A stretch of DNA of 64,000 nucleotides from the NCBI GenBank assembly GCA_963809895.1, contig CAWELD010000003.1, forward strand, positions 3,296,001 through 3,360,000, in the 5' to 3' direction. Positions 48,721 through 59,557 of this stretch are shown here, piece by piece. The notes below the pieces were generated by a model. That model worked only from the letters and a program-made list of their open reading frames with translations. It ran no database searches and was not told the origin of the DNA. How positions within the stretch are numbered: the stretch's first letter is position 1; every line of letters starts with the position of its first letter. The translations under genes were made by a program, and so were the position numbers. The stretch is from an uncultured Gemmatimonadales bacterium (GTDB lineage: Bacteria; Gemmatimonadota; Gemmatimonadetes; Longimicrobiales; Gaopeijiaceae).

Positions 48721-49398
48721 GTGACCACCATCACCCGCGGCTGGACCGTCGTCATCGCCGCGGTCCTCGCCTTCATCCTGGTCCCCTTCCTTCTCGCCGG
48801 CGACTGGTTCGACGCAGCGGCCGCCGGGCTCCTGGAGGCGGGCCACTCGCCCGTCGTGCTGGGCGCGCTCACCGCGGCGCTCCTCACCCTGGACGTGCTA
48901 CTGCCGATCCCGTCGTCCGTCGTCGCGGTAGCTGCGGGACACGAGCTCGGATTCGCGCTGGGAGCGTGCGCGGTGTTCGTGGGATTGCAGGCCGGCTGCG
49001 CGGCGGGTTGGCTCCTCGGCCGGGCGTCGGGACGAAAGGGCATGCGCAGCGTGCTCGGCGCCGGACCCCACGATCGCGCGGGGCGAGCCCTCGATCACCG
49101 GAGTGGCTGGCTCGCTTTCGGACTGGGGCGGGCGGTGCCGGTGCTTGCCGAGGCCTCGGTCCTGCTGGCGGGCGCCGCCGCCGTCCCGCTGCGGCGCTTT
49201 CTGCTGGTCTCTACCCTGGCGAACCTGGGTGTGGCGCTGGCGTATGCAGGAATGGGAGCGTGGTCGGCGGCCACCGGATCCCTGGGACCTGCCGTGCTCG
49301 GCGCCGTTCTGCTGCCCGGGCTGGCCATGCTCCTCGCACCCCGCCTGCTCGCGCCTCCCCGTACCGAGAATCCCCCCTCCCGAGAGGTGCCTACGTGA
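48721..49398 (+). CDS. VTT/DedA (SNARE-associated) membrane protein
   Basis: DVLLPIPSS..AG..LG; RAVPVLAEASV..AG; GAGGAG RBS. Confidence 0.85.
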   Translation: MTTITRGWTVVIAAVLAFILVPFLLAGDWFDAAAAGLLEAGHSPVVLGALTAALLTLDVLLPIPSSVVAVAAGHELGFALGACAVFVGLQAGCAAGWLLGRASGRKGMRSVLGAGPHDRAGRALDHRSGWLAFGLGRAVPVLAEASVLLAGAAAVPLRRFLLVSTLANLGVALAYAGMGAWSAATGSLGPAVLGAVLLPGLAMLLAPRLLAPPRTENPPSREVPT

Positions 49399-49877
49399 CG
49401 ACGCTCAGCGCCCGCCGCACAGCGCTTGCACTCCTCCTCGCCGTCGCGCCCGCGGCCCTTGCCACGGCCTGCACCGAACCCGGCCTCCAGGAAGTGGACA
49501 CGGCGACCGAGGCGCGCGCGATCGCGGCCGCCAGCAGGGCCTTCTCCGATGCCTACGTTCGCGGAGACACGGCGACCATAGGCGACCTCTATACCGAGAA
49601 CGCGGTCCTGCTGCCGCCGGGCCGGCGGGTCGAAGGACGAGAGGCCATCAAGGCGTATTTCGCCCCGAGCCCCAACCGGCAGAACCTGTCGCACGCCATG
49701 ACCTCCAGCGAGCTCACCGTCCGGAGCGACATCGCCGTGGACGTAGGCACGTGGAGCAACTCCTGGCGAATGGGCGAAGGCGACGCCCAGGAGGCGTCCG
49801 AGACCTACCTGGTGGTGTGGGAGAAGGGCACCGACGGCCAGTGGCGGATCCGTTACGACATGTGGCACCGGCCGTGA
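49395..49877 (+). CDS. DUF4440/NTF2-like lipoprotein
   Basis: F..AY.RGD..LYTENAVLLPPG..VEGREAI..YLVVWEK..DGQWRI..DMW. Confidence 0.85.
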   Translation: MTTLSARRTALALLLAVAPAALATACTEPGLQEVDTATEARAIAAASRAFSDAYVRGDTATIGDLYTENAVLLPPGRRVEGREAIKAYFAPSPNRQNLSHAMTSSELTVRSDIAVDVGTWSNSWRMGEGDAQEASETYLVVWEKGTDGQWRIRYDMWHRP

Positions 49878-50671
49878 TCGCCGAGCGCTACGTCGCCTTC
49901 AGGAAGCTGCACGAGGCCGGGTGCTTCGTCATGCCCAATCCGTGGAACCCCGGAAGCGCCGGGCTCCTGGAGCGGCTGGGATTCGAGGCTCTGGCCACCA
50001 CGAGCTCGGGGTTCGCCTGGTCGCTGGGCCGGCCGGACAACCACGTCACCCTGGAGGAAGCCCTGGAGCATCTGCAGACCATGGCGCGTTCCACCGAGCT
50101 CCCGTTGAACGCGGACTTCGAGGGTGGCTTCGCCGTGGAACCCGAGGAGGTCTACGCCAACGTGTCGCGGGCCGTCACGACCGGGGTCGCGGGCCTGTCC
50201 ATCGAGGACTCCACGGGGGATCCCGAGGCGCCACTCTTCGACCAGGCGCTGGCCGTCGAGCGGATCCGCGCGGCCCGTGAGGCCATCGACGACAGCGGGC
50301 GTGACGTCCTTCTCACCGGGCGCTCCGAGGGCTTCATCGTGGGACGCCCCGACCTGGACGAGACGGTCCGTAGGCTCTCGGCGTACGCCCAGGCCGGCGC
50401 CGAGTGCCTGTACGCTCCCGGCATTCGCACCGAAGACCACATCGCGGCGGTCGTCCAGGCGGTGGCGCCCCGGCCGGTGAACGTGCTGGTGGGCAACAAC
50501 TTCACCACGGTCGCGCGCCTCGCGGAGTTGGGCGTGCGGCGTATCAGCATCGGGGGTGCGCTGGCACGCACGGCCTGGGCCGCGGTGCTGGAAGCAGCCG
50601 CTGAGATCGCACAGCGCGGTACCTTCGAGCGCCTCACGGGCACAGCGCCCTTCACCCGAGCCGACGAATGA
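49874..50671 (+). CDS. isocitrate lyase/PEP mutase family protein
   Basis: F..LH..PNPW..GF.ALATTSSG, NADFEGGF, SIEDST, PVNVL, RRISIG. Confidence 0.92.
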   Translation: MIAERYVAFRKLHEAGCFVMPNPWNPGSAGLLERLGFEALATTSSGFAWSLGRPDNHVTLEEALEHLQTMARSTELPLNADFEGGFAVEPEEVYANVSRAVTTGVAGLSIEDSTGDPEAPLFDQALAVERIRAAREAIDDSGRDVLLTGRSEGFIVGRPDLDETVRRLSAYAQAGAECLYAPGIRTEDHIAAVVQAVAPRPVNVLVGNNFTTVARLAELGVRRISIGGALARTAWAAVLEAAAEIAQRGTFERLTGTAPFTRADE

Positions 50672-51129
50672 GCACCCCACCCGTCCGACTCCTCGGCCCC
50701 GGCGACGAGGGCGTCCTGGCCCGCGTCGCTCCCGGGGTCTTCGATCGCCCCGTGCGACCGGAGCTCGTGGCCGAGCTCCTCGCCGATCCTCGCCATCACC
50801 TGGCGGTCGCGGAAGACGGTGACGAGATCGTGGGATTCGCGTCGGGGGTGCACTACGTCCACCCCGACAAGGAGCCCGAGCTCTGGATCAACGAGGTGGG
50901 GGTGGCGCCGGGACATCGCCGCCGCGGGTTGGGCCGCCGGCTGATGGGAGCGCTCATGGAACACGCCGCGGCCCTGGGCTGCCGCGAGGCGTGGGTCCTC
51001 ACCGAGCGGAGCAACCTCCCCGCCACCGAGCTCTACCGGAGCATGGGATTCGGTGAGGGCCCGTCGGACACGGTGATGTTCTCGATCCCCCTGGACCGTG
51101 CCAGCGCGGACGAGCGCGGCCACGACTGA
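50668..51129 (+). CDS. GNAT N-acetyltransferase
   Basis: INEVGVAPGHRRRGLG..N.PA..LY...G. Confidence 0.92.
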   Translation: MSTPPVRLLGPGDEGVLARVAPGVFDRPVRPELVAELLADPRHHLAVAEDGDEIVGFASGVHYVHPDKEPELWINEVGVAPGHRRRGLGRRLMGALMEHAAALGCREAWVLTERSNLPATELYRSMGFGEGPSDTVMFSIPLDRASADERGHD

Positions 51130-51202
51130 GCATTGCCCGCGACCGCGCGCGCGGGCACGTTGGCATGGGGTGCGAACGGGCTCGAGCACGGGAGGATGTA
51201 GC

Positions 51203-51424
51203 ATGACGCTTCCAACCAAGATCTACACCGAGAAGGACGTGGAGCGGGCCCGTAGCAGGGGCAAGCTCGTCGGTTGGCTCCAGGGCGCCGGGCTCGTGAT
51301 CGTCGCCGGCATGGTGCTCAACCTGCTCGGCTGGATTCCCACGGTTCTGGTGGTGGGGGCGGTGGGATACCTGGCGTATCGCCTGCTGGCGGGAGGCTCC
51401 GACGACGCGTCGGCCGAAGAGTGA
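51203..51424 (+). CDS. small 2-TM protein
   Basis: GGAGG RBS; two TM segments. Confidence 0.65.
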   Translation: MTLPTKIYTEKDVERARSRGKLVGWLQGAGLVIVAGMVLNLLGWIPTVLVVGAVGYLAYRLLAGGSDDASAEE

Positions 51425-52671
51425 TCCCCCCACGCGCGTCTGCGGCCGGGTTCCTCGCCACCCTCGTCGTCTGCGGCGTCGCCGTCGGCTGCGACGGTGA
51501 GACCTCGGCCCCCGGGGACCCCATCGCGCTCCGTGACAGCGCCAGCGTGTCCATCGTCGACAACGACCTCAGCCGGCTGGGCGCCACCTGCGCCGTGGAC
51601 GCCGAGCCCCTCCTAAGCATCGGCGACACCGAGGGCGAGGAGCCCTACCAGCTCTACCGGGTGTTCGGCGCCACCCGCCTGAGCGACGGCCGCATCGCGC
51701 TGGTGAACCAGGGCAGCCAGGAGGTCCGTTACTACGACCCGTCCGGGGAGTTCCTCGCCAGCGCAGGTGGTGCCGGCGAAGGTCCCGGAGAGTTCCGGAA
51801 CGCCTTCTACCTGTGGGCGCAGCCCGGCGACACGCTCTGGGTGGGGGACTACTTTCCGTGGCGCTTCAACGTGTTCGGGCCCGCGGGAAGGTTCCTGAAG
51901 ACGGTCCGATTGGAGGGCGACTATGTGAACGCCGACGTGTTCGGTGTGCTGGACGACGGCCACGTCGCCATCGCCGAGCGCGAGTTCCCGCTGGGACACC
52001 CCGCCGGCGTGTTTACGCCGGTCGAGCGCACCGTGATGGTGCACGATGCCGCAGGTGCTTTCGCCGATACCGTGGCCACGCTCGAGAACGGTCGCTGGGG
52101 GGTGATGTCCGACGATCCGGACGCCGTCGGCCTCTACCCCTTCTTCGAGTCCTTCAGCTCCGTCGCCACCGGGGGATCCCGCATCGTGGCCGGTCACCAG
52201 TCGCGACCCGAGCTCCGGATCTACGAGGTGGCCGACGACGGGGTCCGCATGACGCGGATCGTCCGCTGGACGACCGGCGTCGATCGTACGGTCACCGACG
52301 CCGACGTGGCCGCGCAGAAGGAGACCGAGACAGAGCGCTTCGCGGACATGAGCGAGGCCATGAAGCGCCAGCTCCTGGATCCCCTGGTCCGCGACGATCG
52401 TCCCGTCGCCGACGTTCTTCCGGCGTTCCGGGATCCCCACGTCGGACGCGACGGACGCATCTGGGTGCACGAGTACCGCCGCCCGACGGCCGCGGAGCCC
52501 GGACCCTGGCTGGCCTTCGACGGCGACGGCCGCTTCCAGTGCCGCGCCACCCTCCCAGACTATGACGAGATCCTCGAGTTCGGCGCGGACTACCTGCTGG
52601 CGAAGAGCCGTGACAACCTGGGCGTGGAGCGGGTGGTGATGCACCGGCTGAGGGCCCCGGAGCGTCCGTGA
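51421..52671 (+). CDS. 6-bladed beta-propeller lipoprotein (paralog 14)
   Basis: AVGC; RDSASV; GGAGEGPGEF; RDNLGVERV. Confidence 0.87.
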   Translation: MIPPRASAAGFLATLVVCGVAVGCDGETSAPGDPIALRDSASVSIVDNDLSRLGATCAVDAEPLLSIGDTEGEEPYQLYRVFGATRLSDGRIALVNQGSQEVRYYDPSGEFLASAGGAGEGPGEFRNAFYLWAQPGDTLWVGDYFPWRFNVFGPAGRFLKTVRLEGDYVNADVFGVLDDGHVAIAEREFPLGHPAGVFTPVERTVMVHDAAGAFADTVATLENGRWGVMSDDPDAVGLYPFFESFSSVATGGSRIVAGHQSRPELRIYEVADDGVRMTRIVRWTTGVDRTVTDADVAAQKETETERFADMSEAMKRQLLDPLVRDDRPVADVLPAFRDPHVGRDGRIWVHEYRRPTAAEPGPWLAFDGDGRFQCRATLPDYDEILEFGADYLLAKSRDNLGVERVVMHRLRAPERP

Positions 52672-54512
52672 GCCCCTTCTTCTCCCAGGGCCGCACCCGC
52701 CGGGGGGAGGAGCTTCCGCCATTCCGCGAACGCGTGAAGGCACTCCGGCTCGTGCCCCGCTTCCTGCGCATGGTGGCGGGCACCAAGCCGTCCTACGCCG
52801 TGGGGATCCTGGTGACCCGCGTGCTGGCGGCCTTCGGTCCCGTGGCGCTGCTGTGGGTGAGCAAGCTCATCATCGACGGCGTGGTGGCCGACGTGGGATC
52901 CCCCGATCCCGACTGGCGCGGCTTGTTCAGCCTGGTGGCATTGGAGGCGGGGATCGCGCTGGTCATGGAGGCGCTCCGACGCACGACCAGCCTGCTGGAG
53001 TCGCTCCTCGGCGACCTGTTCGCCAACGAGATGAGTGTCCAGCTCATGCGGCACTCCGCCACGCTGGACCTGCAGCACTTCGAGGACCCGGACTTCTACG
53101 ACAAGCTGCAGCGCGCCCGGCGTCAGACCATGGGACGGGTCGCGCTCCTGGGCACCCTGCTCCAGATCGGGCAGCAGCTGCTCACGCTCATGTCGCTGCT
53201 GGCCGCACTGGTGGTCTACAACGTGTGGCTTCTGGTCATCCTGGTGGTGGCCATCCTTCCCGCGTTCCTGGGCGAGACCCACTTCGCGGGCATCACCTAC
53301 TCGCTCTTCTGGGCGTGGACGCCGGAGCGGCGCGAGCTGGACTACCTGCGCTACGTGGCGGCCAGCGACCGCACGGCCAAGGAGATGAAGCTCTTCGGGC
53401 TGTCCGACTATTTCATCGGACGCTACGCCGAGCTGGCCGACGACTACTACCAGGCCAACAAGGGCGTGGCCATCAAACGGGCGGCCACCGGCGGCGTGCT
53501 GTCGGCGCTCTCCACGGTGGCCTACTACGGCGCCGTGGCCTTCATCGTCACGCAGGCGGTGGCGGGAGCCATCACCATCGGCACGCTCACCTTCTTGATC
53601 GGCTCCTTCGATCGCAGCCGGAACCTCATCTCCGGCGTCCTGCTGCAGATGGCCAACGTCTACGAGCAGAGCCTGTTCCTGCGGGACCTGTTCGAGTTTC
53701 TGGAGATGCGCCCCCACACGGCCAGCGCGCCCGACGCGCGTCCCATGCCGGACCCCATCCGCCAGGGCTTCGTCTTCGAGGACGTGGGATTCCGCTATCC
53801 CGACAGCCACCGTTGGGCGCTCCGACACGTCTCCTTCGAGCTCGAGCCCGGCGAGCGCGTGGCGCTTGTGGGCGAGAACGGCGCCGGCAAGACGACGCTG
53901 GTGAAGCTCCTGACGCGGCTCTACGATCCCAGCGAGGGTCGGATCCTGCTGGATGGCGTGGACCTGCGCGACATCGACGTCGACGGCCTGCGCCACTCCA
54001 TCGGCGTCATCTTCCAGGACTTCATGCGCTACGACATGCAGGCCCGGGAGAACATCGCCGTGGGCCGCATCGAGGACCGGGACGACGAGGAGCGCATCGT
54101 CGAAGCGGCTCGCAAGAGCCTGGCGGACGACGTCGTACGTCAACTGGAAGCCGGCCTGGACCAGATGCTGGGTCGCCGCTTCGACGGCGGCGCGAACCTG
54201 TCCGGGGGCGAGTGGCAGAAGATCGCGCTGGCCAGGGCCTACATGCGCGACGCTCAGGTGCTGGTGCTGGACGAGCCCACCGCCGCCCTGGACGCGCGAG
54301 CCGAATACGAGGTGTTCCAACGGTTCAGCGAGCTGACCCAGGGTCGCATGGCGGTCCTCATCAGCCACCGGTTCTCCACCGTGCGCATGGCCGATCGCAT
54401 CCTGGTGCTGGAAGGCGGTCGGGTGACGGAAGACGGCAGCCATGAAGAACTGGTCGCGGCCGGCGGCCGCTACGCGGAGCTGTTCACCCTGCAGGCGGCG
54501 GGATACAAGTGA
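52668..54512 (+). CDS. ABC exporter, fused permease/ATPase
   Basis: GENGAGKTT, LSGGEWQK, VLDEPT, ISHR. Confidence 0.95.
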   Translation: MSPFFSQGRTRRGEELPPFRERVKALRLVPRFLRMVAGTKPSYAVGILVTRVLAAFGPVALLWVSKLIIDGVVADVGSPDPDWRGLFSLVALEAGIALVMEALRRTTSLLESLLGDLFANEMSVQLMRHSATLDLQHFEDPDFYDKLQRARRQTMGRVALLGTLLQIGQQLLTLMSLLAALVVYNVWLLVILVVAILPAFLGETHFAGITYSLFWAWTPERRELDYLRYVAASDRTAKEMKLFGLSDYFIGRYAELADDYYQANKGVAIKRAATGGVLSALSTVAYYGAVAFIVTQAVAGAITIGTLTFLIGSFDRSRNLISGVLLQMANVYEQSLFLRDLFEFLEMRPHTASAPDARPMPDPIRQGFVFEDVGFRYPDSHRWALRHVSFELEPGERVALVGENGAGKTTLVKLLTRLYDPSEGRILLDGVDLRDIDVDGLRHSIGVIFQDFMRYDMQARENIAVGRIEDRDDEERIVEAARKSLADDVVRQLEAGLDQMLGRRFDGGANLSGGEWQKIALARAYMRDAQVLVLDEPTAALDARAEYEVFQRFSELTQGRMAVLISHRFSTVRMADRILVLEGGRVTEDGSHEELVAAGGRYAELFTLQAAGYK

Positions 54513-54535
54513 CCGAGGACGGGAGCAGAAAGGGC

Positions 54536-54953
54536 ATGAGCAACATCGACATCGTGCGCGGCTACTTCGAGACCTTCTTCGCCGGCAGAGCGCGGCATTC
54601 CGAGGTGCGATCCCTCCTCACCGACGACTTCCGTTTCCGGGGTCCCCTCATGTCGGCGAACAGCGCCGACGAGTACGTGGCCCAGTTGACCTCGCTCGGC
54701 GACGAAGGGCAGGAGGGGAGGGGGTGAGGGCGAGGTGGTGGCCGCCCTCGTGGACTTCCGGGGACCGACGGGACCCATGACCTACGCCCAGTGGTTCACG
54801 CTTCGGGACGGGCGCTTCGCCGAACTGGAGGTGGTCTACGACCCGCGGCCGTTCCTGGGGGGATCGATCATCCGATTCGGCGGTCCTGAGGGAATCCGGA
54901 TGCCCCCCCGGCACGCGCGCCCCGAAGCACCCCGTACCGCGGTCGAGCGGTAG
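54536..54953 (+). CDS. SnoaL/NTF2-like protein, frameshift or deletion ~54710-54730
   Basis: IVRGYF..LL.DDF.F.GP then WFTLRDG...L.VVYDPRPF; true end probably ~54890. Confidence 0.65.
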
Positions 54954-55816
54954 CCGGCCACCGATGCGAAAACCCTCGAGAAACGCGCGGAGACGCAGGA
55001 GCCTGGGCGGCACGTGATTCAGGTCCGCCGCGGGTCGACCGACGAGCCAACGGCCGCCCAGCTCCATGAAGGGTCGGATCGCCTCCCATCGCCCCAGTCG
55101 GAGCATCTTCCGGTACGCTGCTCCTAGCCCGTACATATAGTCATGGACCACCCTCTGGCTCTCGTCCCAGCGGCGAAATCCGTGATGCGTGACCACGGCG
55201 GCCGGCTCCTCGCAGACGTCGTACCCGGCCAGCAGGGCGCGAACGATGAGGTCCGCGTCCTCACCTGCGCGCAGCGGCGCACCCACGCCCAACATCTCAT
55301 CGAATCCCCCCAGCGTCCGCCACGCGGCCCGGCGCACAGCCATGCACGCGCCGATCCCCTCCAGTCGGGTCTTGGATCGGAGCCGTCGCTCGCAGTGGGG
55401 TGCGGGGGCTCGTATCCCACGATGAAGCCCTGGCTCCGATCGTATGCGGGTACGTGGACCGACCCGAACACGAGAGCGGCGGCCCCACACCGATCGAAGG
55501 CAGCGGCCAGGGCGGCGGGCCAGTCCCGGGCCACCACACAATCATCGTCCGTGAAGGCCACCAGGTCGGCGGACGCAGCCTCGATCCCTCGATTTCGGCC
55601 CCGGGCCAGCCCCGGGCGCCCGTCCGTGAGGATCCGCACCCTGCGGTGGTCGGCCCAGCGATCGAGGGCCACCATCGTATCGGGCCCGCGGCTCTGATCC
55701 ACCACGACCACCGACAGGGCAGGATAGTCGCAGGCGAGCACGGACAGCAGGGCCCGCCTGACCTGGTCGGGCCGGTCCCTGGTGCTGATGACGACTGCGA
55801 TCTCCGGCGGATTCAT
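54868..55816 (-). CDS. glycosyltransferase family 2, frameshift ~55370
   Basis: VVISTRDR, VVVDQ, GLARGRNRG, AFTDDD; GGFDE.LG..GEDAD in next frame; end uncertain. Confidence 0.85.
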
Positions 55817-56904
55817 GGCACAGCGTCAGCAGATGGCATGGCAGAGGGCGCGTCGGCCACACGAATCGGCGCCCCCCGGTTGGCCGACTCGGCCGCCGCC
55901 AGCGCGACACGCAGGGCCGCCCGACCGTCCTCCAACGTGCACGCCACCGGATGCCCGGAGCGGGCGCACTCCAGGAGGTGACGCCACTCGCCGACGTAGG
56001 AGTCACCGTAGTCCCCGAGCCGGCGCATCCGAGCCACACCCACCGGGAGATCCCGGGCGAACGTCCGGAGGTTACGGAGGCGCGGCCCCACCATCCCGGG
56101 CGTCTCCCGACGCCCGTAGCGCTCGTATCCGTCGAAACGGACGCCCGACACGCGGAGACGACCCCCGGAGCCGCACACCTCGACCTCCATCTCATGCCCG
56201 GTCCGCTCCGACAACGTCGCGCTGGCCAGGGTGGTATCGGCCAAGCGCGCCGTCACCTGCGCGCTCTCGTCGTGTCGCGAACCGTGACGGCTCCAGGCGA
56301 ACACCTCGGTGACCTCGGTTCCCAGCAGATGCCTCCACAGGTCGTAGAGGTGCACGCCGAGCTCCACCAGCGACCCTCCACCCTGCTCGCGAGTCCACTT
56401 CCAGGCCGGAGTCCCGTCGTCTCCTCGTGGGCTGTTCCACACCGTACGGATCGACTCCACAGCGCCGACGGCTCCGGAGCGCAGATCGTCGAACGCGCGT
56501 CGGACCAATCGATGCCAGCGCATGTGGAATCCCATGAGCACCTTCACGTCATGGGACCTGGAGGCGTGGATGAGCGCGTCCGCGTCGGCGATGGAGAGGG
56601 CGATGGGCTTTTCCACCAGGACGTGGAGGCCCGCCTCCATGGCCTGGATGGCCGGCTCCCGGTGCTGGCCCGGCGGTGTGAGCACACCGACGACCTCAGC
56701 CACACCGGCCCGGATCAGCGAAGAGGTGTCGGGGAACACCTCCGCGATGCCATAGCGACCCGCAACATGACGTGCTCTGGCCGGGTCGGGATCCGCCAAC
56801 GCGACGACATGGGCCTGATCCAGTTGGCAGAGGGCCTGCAGGTGCTTATGCTCGCAGACCTCGCCGCACCCGATCAGGCCGATCTTCACTGGATCTGATG
56901 CCAT
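55813..56904 (-). CDS. Gfo/Idh/MocA oxidoreductase
   Basis: KIGLIGCG, G.HVLVEKP, GGGSLVELGVH. Confidence 0.93.
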   Translation of the reverse strand: MASDPVKIGLIGCGEVCEHKHLQALCQLDQAHVVALADPDPARARHVAGRYGIAEVFPDTSSLIRAGVAEVVGVLTPPGQHREPAIQAMEAGLHVLVEKPIALSIADADALIHASRSHDVKVLMGFHMRWHRLVRRAFDDLRSGAVGAVESIRTVWNSPRGDDGTPAWKWTREQGGGSLVELGVHLYDLWRHLLGTEVTEVFAWSRHGSRHDESAQVTARLADTTLASATLSERTGHEMEVEVCGSGGRLRVSGVRFDGYERYGRRETPGMVGPRLRNLRTFARDLPVGVARMRRLGDYGDSYVGEWRHLLECARSGHPVACTLEDGRAALRVALAAAESANRGAPIRVADAPSAMPSADAVP

Positions 56905-56987
56905 AGTGCCGCCCGATGCCGCAGTGCAGTCAGGGAGCGGGTGCCATCACGCGCGGCTGAGCCCCACCCTACGCCTCGGAGCCTGAA

Positions 56988-58559
56988 TTGCCGGGTCGTC
57001 GAGCCATCCCGCAAGAGGCGGGTCGGATCATCGTCGGTGCCGGGACCGCCGGGTGCATCCTCGCGTCTCGGCTGGCGCGGCGCACATCCGACTCGGTCCT
57101 CGTGCTCGAGGCCGGCGGACCCTACCGGCGCATCCTGGACGTCCCGCTCCTGGGACTGTGGGCCTCTCTCCGAAACCCCGAGCGCTACCACTGGGAGCAT
57201 CGCACCGTCGGGCAGGCGAGCCTGGATGGGCGCGACCTCTGGTTCCCCTCGGGACGGATCGTCGGCGGCAGCTCGTCGGTCAACGCGATGATCTACAGTC
57301 GCGGGCACCCGGCGAGCTACGACAGGTGGCAGATGACCGGATGGAGCTACGCCGACCTCCTGCCCTACTTCCGCCGTGCCGAGGATTTCGAGGACGGGGC
57401 TACGGAAGCCCATGGCGCCGACGGTCCCCTGGGTGTGGCGCCAGGCCGGTTTCGACCTGCCCTGGCGAACGCCTTCCTGGCCGGGTGTCAGGACGTAGGG
57501 ATTCCCCGCAACGACGATTTCAACGGGAACTCCCACGAGGGCGCCGGATTCTACCACAAGAGCCATCGCCGAGGCCGTCGCGCCTCGGTCGCCAGATCGT
57601 ACGTCGGCGAGCATATGACCCACCTTCGGTTGCAGATCGTCACCGGCGCGCTGGCCCACAGGATCGTGACCGAAGCGGGACGAGCGGTGGGCGTGGAGTT
57701 CGAGAAGGGAGGCCGAATCCACACGGTCCGTGCCACCCGGGAAGTCATCGTCTGCGCCGGTGCGGTGAAGTCCCCCCAGCTGCTGCAGCTTTCCGGAATC
57801 GGCCCGGCCGACGCGCTCTCCCACCTCGGTATCCCGGTGCTGGTCCACCGGCCGGGAGTCGGTACCAACCTGCAGGATCACGTCCGGGTTCCGTTGGTCT
57901 ATCGCGTCCATCGACCCCGTGTCGGAAGTCCCCCGTCACTGCCTCTGGAGGCGCTCCGCTATCTCTTCCGCCGCCGCGGCCTCCTCACGTCGAGCGTCGC
58001 CGACGCCGCCGCCATTCTCCCCGTGGGGGACGACGCGCCCTTCCCGGACGTACGCACCGAGTTGAGCTGGCGGATCGCGAGGGAGGACGCCGGGAATCTC
58101 GTGTCGCTCGAGACCGGCCTGATCGATCCCCACAGCCATGGCACGGTCTCACTCCGGTCGTCCGATCCCCGCGATCCCCCACGGATCGATCCCCGCTACT
58201 TGACGGAACCTTCCGATTCCAGACGTATCGAGAGAGGCATGGAGGTAGCCCGCGCCATCGCCAACTCCGCTCCGTGCCGGCAGGTCGGCTTCCAGGACGA
58301 GGTCGCGCCCGGCCCGGCTCCATTCTCCGAGCACCTCCGCCAGCATGCCATGACCTCGTTCCACCCGGTGGGGACGTCCCGCATGGGTCCTGCGTCGGAC
58401 GCCCTGGCCGTGGTGGACGCGGCGCTGAAGGTCCACGGGGTCGAGCGCCTGCGGGTGGTGGATGCCTCGGTCATGCCCACGACGGTGAGCGGGAACGCCC
58501 AGGCTCCCGTCGTGGCGATCGCGGAGCGCGCCGCCGACTTGATCATCTCCGAGGACTGA
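56988..58559 (+). CDS. GMC oxidoreductase (choline dehydrogenase-like)
   Basis: IIVGAGTAG, GGSSSVNAMIY.RG, VG.NLQDH, HPVGT.RMG, LRVVDAS.MP..GN; start uncertain. Confidence 0.92.
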   Translation: MPGRRAIPQEAGRIIVGAGTAGCILASRLARRTSDSVLVLEAGGPYRRILDVPLLGLWASLRNPERYHWEHRTVGQASLDGRDLWFPSGRIVGGSSSVNAMIYSRGHPASYDRWQMTGWSYADLLPYFRRAEDFEDGATEAHGADGPLGVAPGRFRPALANAFLAGCQDVGIPRNDDFNGNSHEGAGFYHKSHRRGRRASVARSYVGEHMTHLRLQIVTGALAHRIVTEAGRAVGVEFEKGGRIHTVRATREVIVCAGAVKSPQLLQLSGIGPADALSHLGIPVLVHRPGVGTNLQDHVRVPLVYRVHRPRVGSPPSLPLEALRYLFRRRGLLTSSVADAAAILPVGDDAPFPDVRTELSWRIAREDAGNLVSLETGLIDPHSHGTVSLRSSDPRDPPRIDPRYLTEPSDSRRIERGMEVARAIANSAPCRQVGFQDEVAPGPAPFSEHLRQHAMTSFHPVGTSRMGPASDALAVVDAALKVHGVERLRVVDASVMPTTVSGNAQAPVVAIAERAADLIISED

Positions 58560-58586
58560 AGTCCTCCAAACGACTGTTGTGCGAAC

Positions 58587-59090
58587 ATGCGCTACACATC
58601 GAAGCCACACCTGCGGGACGACATCGTGAAAGAGCACGACGCCCTGGTCGATCTCCTCGCGACGATTCCCGAGGCCCGCTACCGCGAGCCGGGCGTGTGG
58701 GGCGACGGCTGGACCGTCCACGACCTGGTGGCCCACCTGGCCGAGTGGCACCGCATGTTCCTGGGTTGGCACGCCACGGGTGTGGCCGGCGGCAAGCCCG
58801 ACATGCCGGCACCTGGATACAAGTGGAACGAGACGCCCCGACTGAACCGGGACATCCAGGCGCGCCACCGCAACCGGGGCTTCGCCGAGATTCGCTATGA
58901 CTTCGAGGCCGGTTACCGCGAGATCGTGGCGCTGGTCGACTCGTTGCCGGAAGCGAGCCTCCTGGAGTCCGGCGCATTCGCCTGGACCGGGTCGTCGACA
59001 CTCACCACGTACCTGGGCGCCAACACCGCCAGCCACTATCGCTTCGCGCACAAGGTGCTGAAACGCTGGATGAAGGAGCAGGAGCTCTGA
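58587..59090 (+). CDS. ClbS/DfsB (DinB-like) four-helix-bundle protein
   Basis: W...DLVAHLAEWH..FLGW..PAPGYKW..LN..WTG..NTASHY. Confidence 0.82.
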   Translation: MRYTSKPHLRDDIVKEHDALVDLLATIPEARYREPGVWGDGWTVHDLVAHLAEWHRMFLGWHATGVAGGKPDMPAPGYKWNETPRLNRDIQARHRNRGFAEIRYDFEAGYREIVALVDSLPEASLLESGAFAWTGSSTLTTYLGANTASHYRFAHKVLKRWMKEQEL

Positions 59091-59091
59091 C

Positions 59092-59550
59092 ATGGTCATC
59101 GCCGTCAGCACCGATGAACGCACGCATCTGGTCGACGTGATCCTGGACGATCTCCGGGCGCGCGACGTCGACGTGCTCTACTTCGGTCCCGACAAGGAAG
59201 GGGACAGCGTCGACTGGCCCGACGTGACGCTCGAGGCGGTCGAACGGGTCGAGCGTGGCGAGGCCGATGAGGCCATCGTCATGTGCTGGACCGGCACCGG
59301 GTGCAGCATCGCCGCGAACAAGGTGCCCGGCATCCGGGCGGCCCTCTGCCACGATGCCGAAACGGCGCGGGGCGCGCGCATCTGGAACCACGCCAACGTG
59401 CTGGCGCTGAGCCTGCGCGCCACGCCGGACGCGGTGGTGAAGGAGATCCTGGACCGCTGGTTCGACACGCCCTACAGCGACGACGAGTGGAATCTCCGTC
59501 AGATGGCGCGGCTGCGGGAGATTGAATCCCGGGAGCCCGCTGAGGAGTAG
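59092..59550 (+). CDS. rpiB: RpiB/LacA/LacB sugar-phosphate isomerase family
   Basis: CWTGTG.SIAANKVPGIRAALC..AR.WN.ANVL. Confidence 0.85.
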   Translation: MVIAVSTDERTHLVDVILDDLRARDVDVLYFGPDKEGDSVDWPDVTLEAVERVERGEADEAIVMCWTGTGCSIAANKVPGIRAALCHDAETARGARIWNHANVLALSLRATPDAVVKEILDRWFDTPYSDDEWNLRQMARLREIESREPAEE

Positions 59551-59557
59551 AACCGGC

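Noticed and set aside
9001..52671. Recurrent CCGTGA at gene ends as a recombination core
   Set aside because: Expected from high GC, TGA preference and GTGA coupling; no flanking conservation
2088..54443. Long antisense or alternative-frame ORFs (e.g. 2088-3767, 10315-11721, 25511-26992, 37028-38401, 52590-54443)
   Set aside because: Shadow ORFs of high-GC genes; Arg/Pro/Gly-rich with no family motifs
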